DNA of 64,000 nt from Pirellulales bacterium (GTDB lineage: Bacteria > Planctomycetota > Planctomycetia > Pirellulales > UBA1268), in contig JBIIQM010000001.1 of NCBI GenBank assembly GCA_044342075.1, positions 15,847-79,846 on the forward strand, given 5' to 3'. The translations under genes were made by a program, and so were the position numbers. This document shows, one piece after another, positions 63,147 to 64,000 of the stretch. The stretch's first letter is position 1. Every line of letters starts with the position of its first letter. A model generated the notes under the pieces. It searched no databases. It saw only the letters and a list, made by a program, of their open reading frames with translations, and was not told the origin of the DNA.

Positions 63147-64000
63147 TTCGTGCGGGTTTCGGCGGCGAGGAGCGTGTTGGAGAGGAGCATCGCCACGGTC
63201 AGCGGCCCCACGCCGCCGGGCACCGGCGAGATCCAGCCGGCCACCTCGCGCACTGCGTCGTAGTCGACGTCGCCCACGAGCCTGCTCTTGCCGTCCTTCT
63301 CAACACGGTTGATGCCCACGTCCACGACGGCGGCCCCTGGCTTCACCATGTCGGCCGTGATCAGGTGCGGGCGGCCGACGGCCGCCACGAGGATGTCGGC
63401 GCGGCGGCAGTGTTCGGCGAGGTCGGCGGAGCGGCTGTGGCAGATCGTCACCGTGGCGTCGCCCCCGTTGCCGAGCGCGCCTGCCGTCGCCGGCGGCTTC
63501 GATGCCAAAAGCAGCGCGAGCGGCTTCCCGACGATGTCGCTGCGGCCGACGATCACCGCATGCCGGCCGGCCGTCTCGATTCCGGCGTCGATGAGCATCC
63601 GCTGCACGCCGGCGGCGGTGCAGGGGATGAATCGCGGACGGCCCTGCGAGAGCAGGCCGGCGTTTTCGGGATGGAAGCCGTCCACGTCTCGATCCGGGGG
63701 CACGGCGTCGAGCACGGCGACGGCATCCACATGGGCCGGCAGCGGCAGTTGCACGAGGATGCCGTCGGCCGGGCCGTGGGCATCGCGGGCGATCGCCTTC
63801 ACGAGCGCCACGAGCGCGGCCGTGTCGGTCTCGGCCGGCACCCGCACCACCTCCGAGTCGATCCCCACGCGTTCGGCCGCCTGCTGCTTGCTCTTCACAT
63901 ACGACGCGCTCGCCGCCACGTCGCCCACCAGCACGACCACGAGCCGCGGCCGCCGCCGAAACATGTCGGCGAAGACCTGCACTTCCTCGCGGAGCGAATC
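63143..64000 (-). CDS. folD: bifunctional methylene-THF dehydrogenase/methenyl-THF cyclohydrolase (5' end outside window)
   Basis: SYVKSK, ILVQLPLP, DVDGFHP, GRS.IVGKP, PGGVGP motifs. The ORF is open at the window edge. Its TAG stop is in a REP head. Confidence 0.9.
   Translation of the reverse strand, partial: DSLREEVQVFADMFRRRPRLVVVLVGDVAASASYVKSKQQAAERVGIDSEVVRVPAETDTAALVALVKAIARDAHGPADGILVQLPLPAHVDAVAVLDAVPPDRDVDGFHPENAGLLSQGRPRFIPCTAAGVQRMLIDAGIETAGRHAVIVGRSDIVGKPLALLLASKPPATAGALGNGGDATVTICHSRSADLAEHCRRADILVAAVGRPHLITADMVKPGAAVVDVGINRVEKDGKSRLVGDVDYDAVREVAGWISPVPGGVGPLTVAMLLSNTLLAAETRTK

Overview
High-GC (by eye) bacterial chromosome segment that looks planctomycete, probably Pirellulales-like. 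The taxonomic cues are a DUF1559 protein with a prepilin-type N-terminus, two PEP-CTERM proteins, a YTV-repeat cysteine-rich protein, and large proteins with an Arg-rich 'LE.LE.R..LA' N-terminus. Most of the window is housekeeping: carA, trxB, cstA, proA, folP; a phoH / 7TM-HD / ybeY / CorC-like / recO cluster; cdsA, uppS, purA, rex, cmk, plsC, cysH, rhaB-like, folD; and two tRNAs. Four things stand out. (1) A REP-like hairpin family, 5'-GTAG GACAGGC TTCA GCCTGTC-3' (~26 copies plus two related classes), sits exactly on gene 3' ends. The TAG in its head is the in-frame stop codon of 15 genes. Variant copies keep the helix only in the sense of the upstream mRNA. (2) An accessory block lies between tRNA-Gln and tRNA-Arg. 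It holds a 900-aa pentapeptide-repeat protein translationally coupled (ATGA) to a DEDDh exonuclease, followed by a 3,823-aa surface protein. (3) A 28-bp duplication of the tRNA-Arg 3' end is followed by a HEPN/MNT toxin-antitoxin pair, a PEP-CTERM gene and an 899-aa YTV protein made of two near-perfect 90-bp tandem arrays. (4) A continuous ORF joins RecO to a TPR lipoprotein with no intervening stop codon. No CRISPR array, rRNA, integrase or transposase gene was seen. All family assignments rest on motifs read from the translations, not on database searches.
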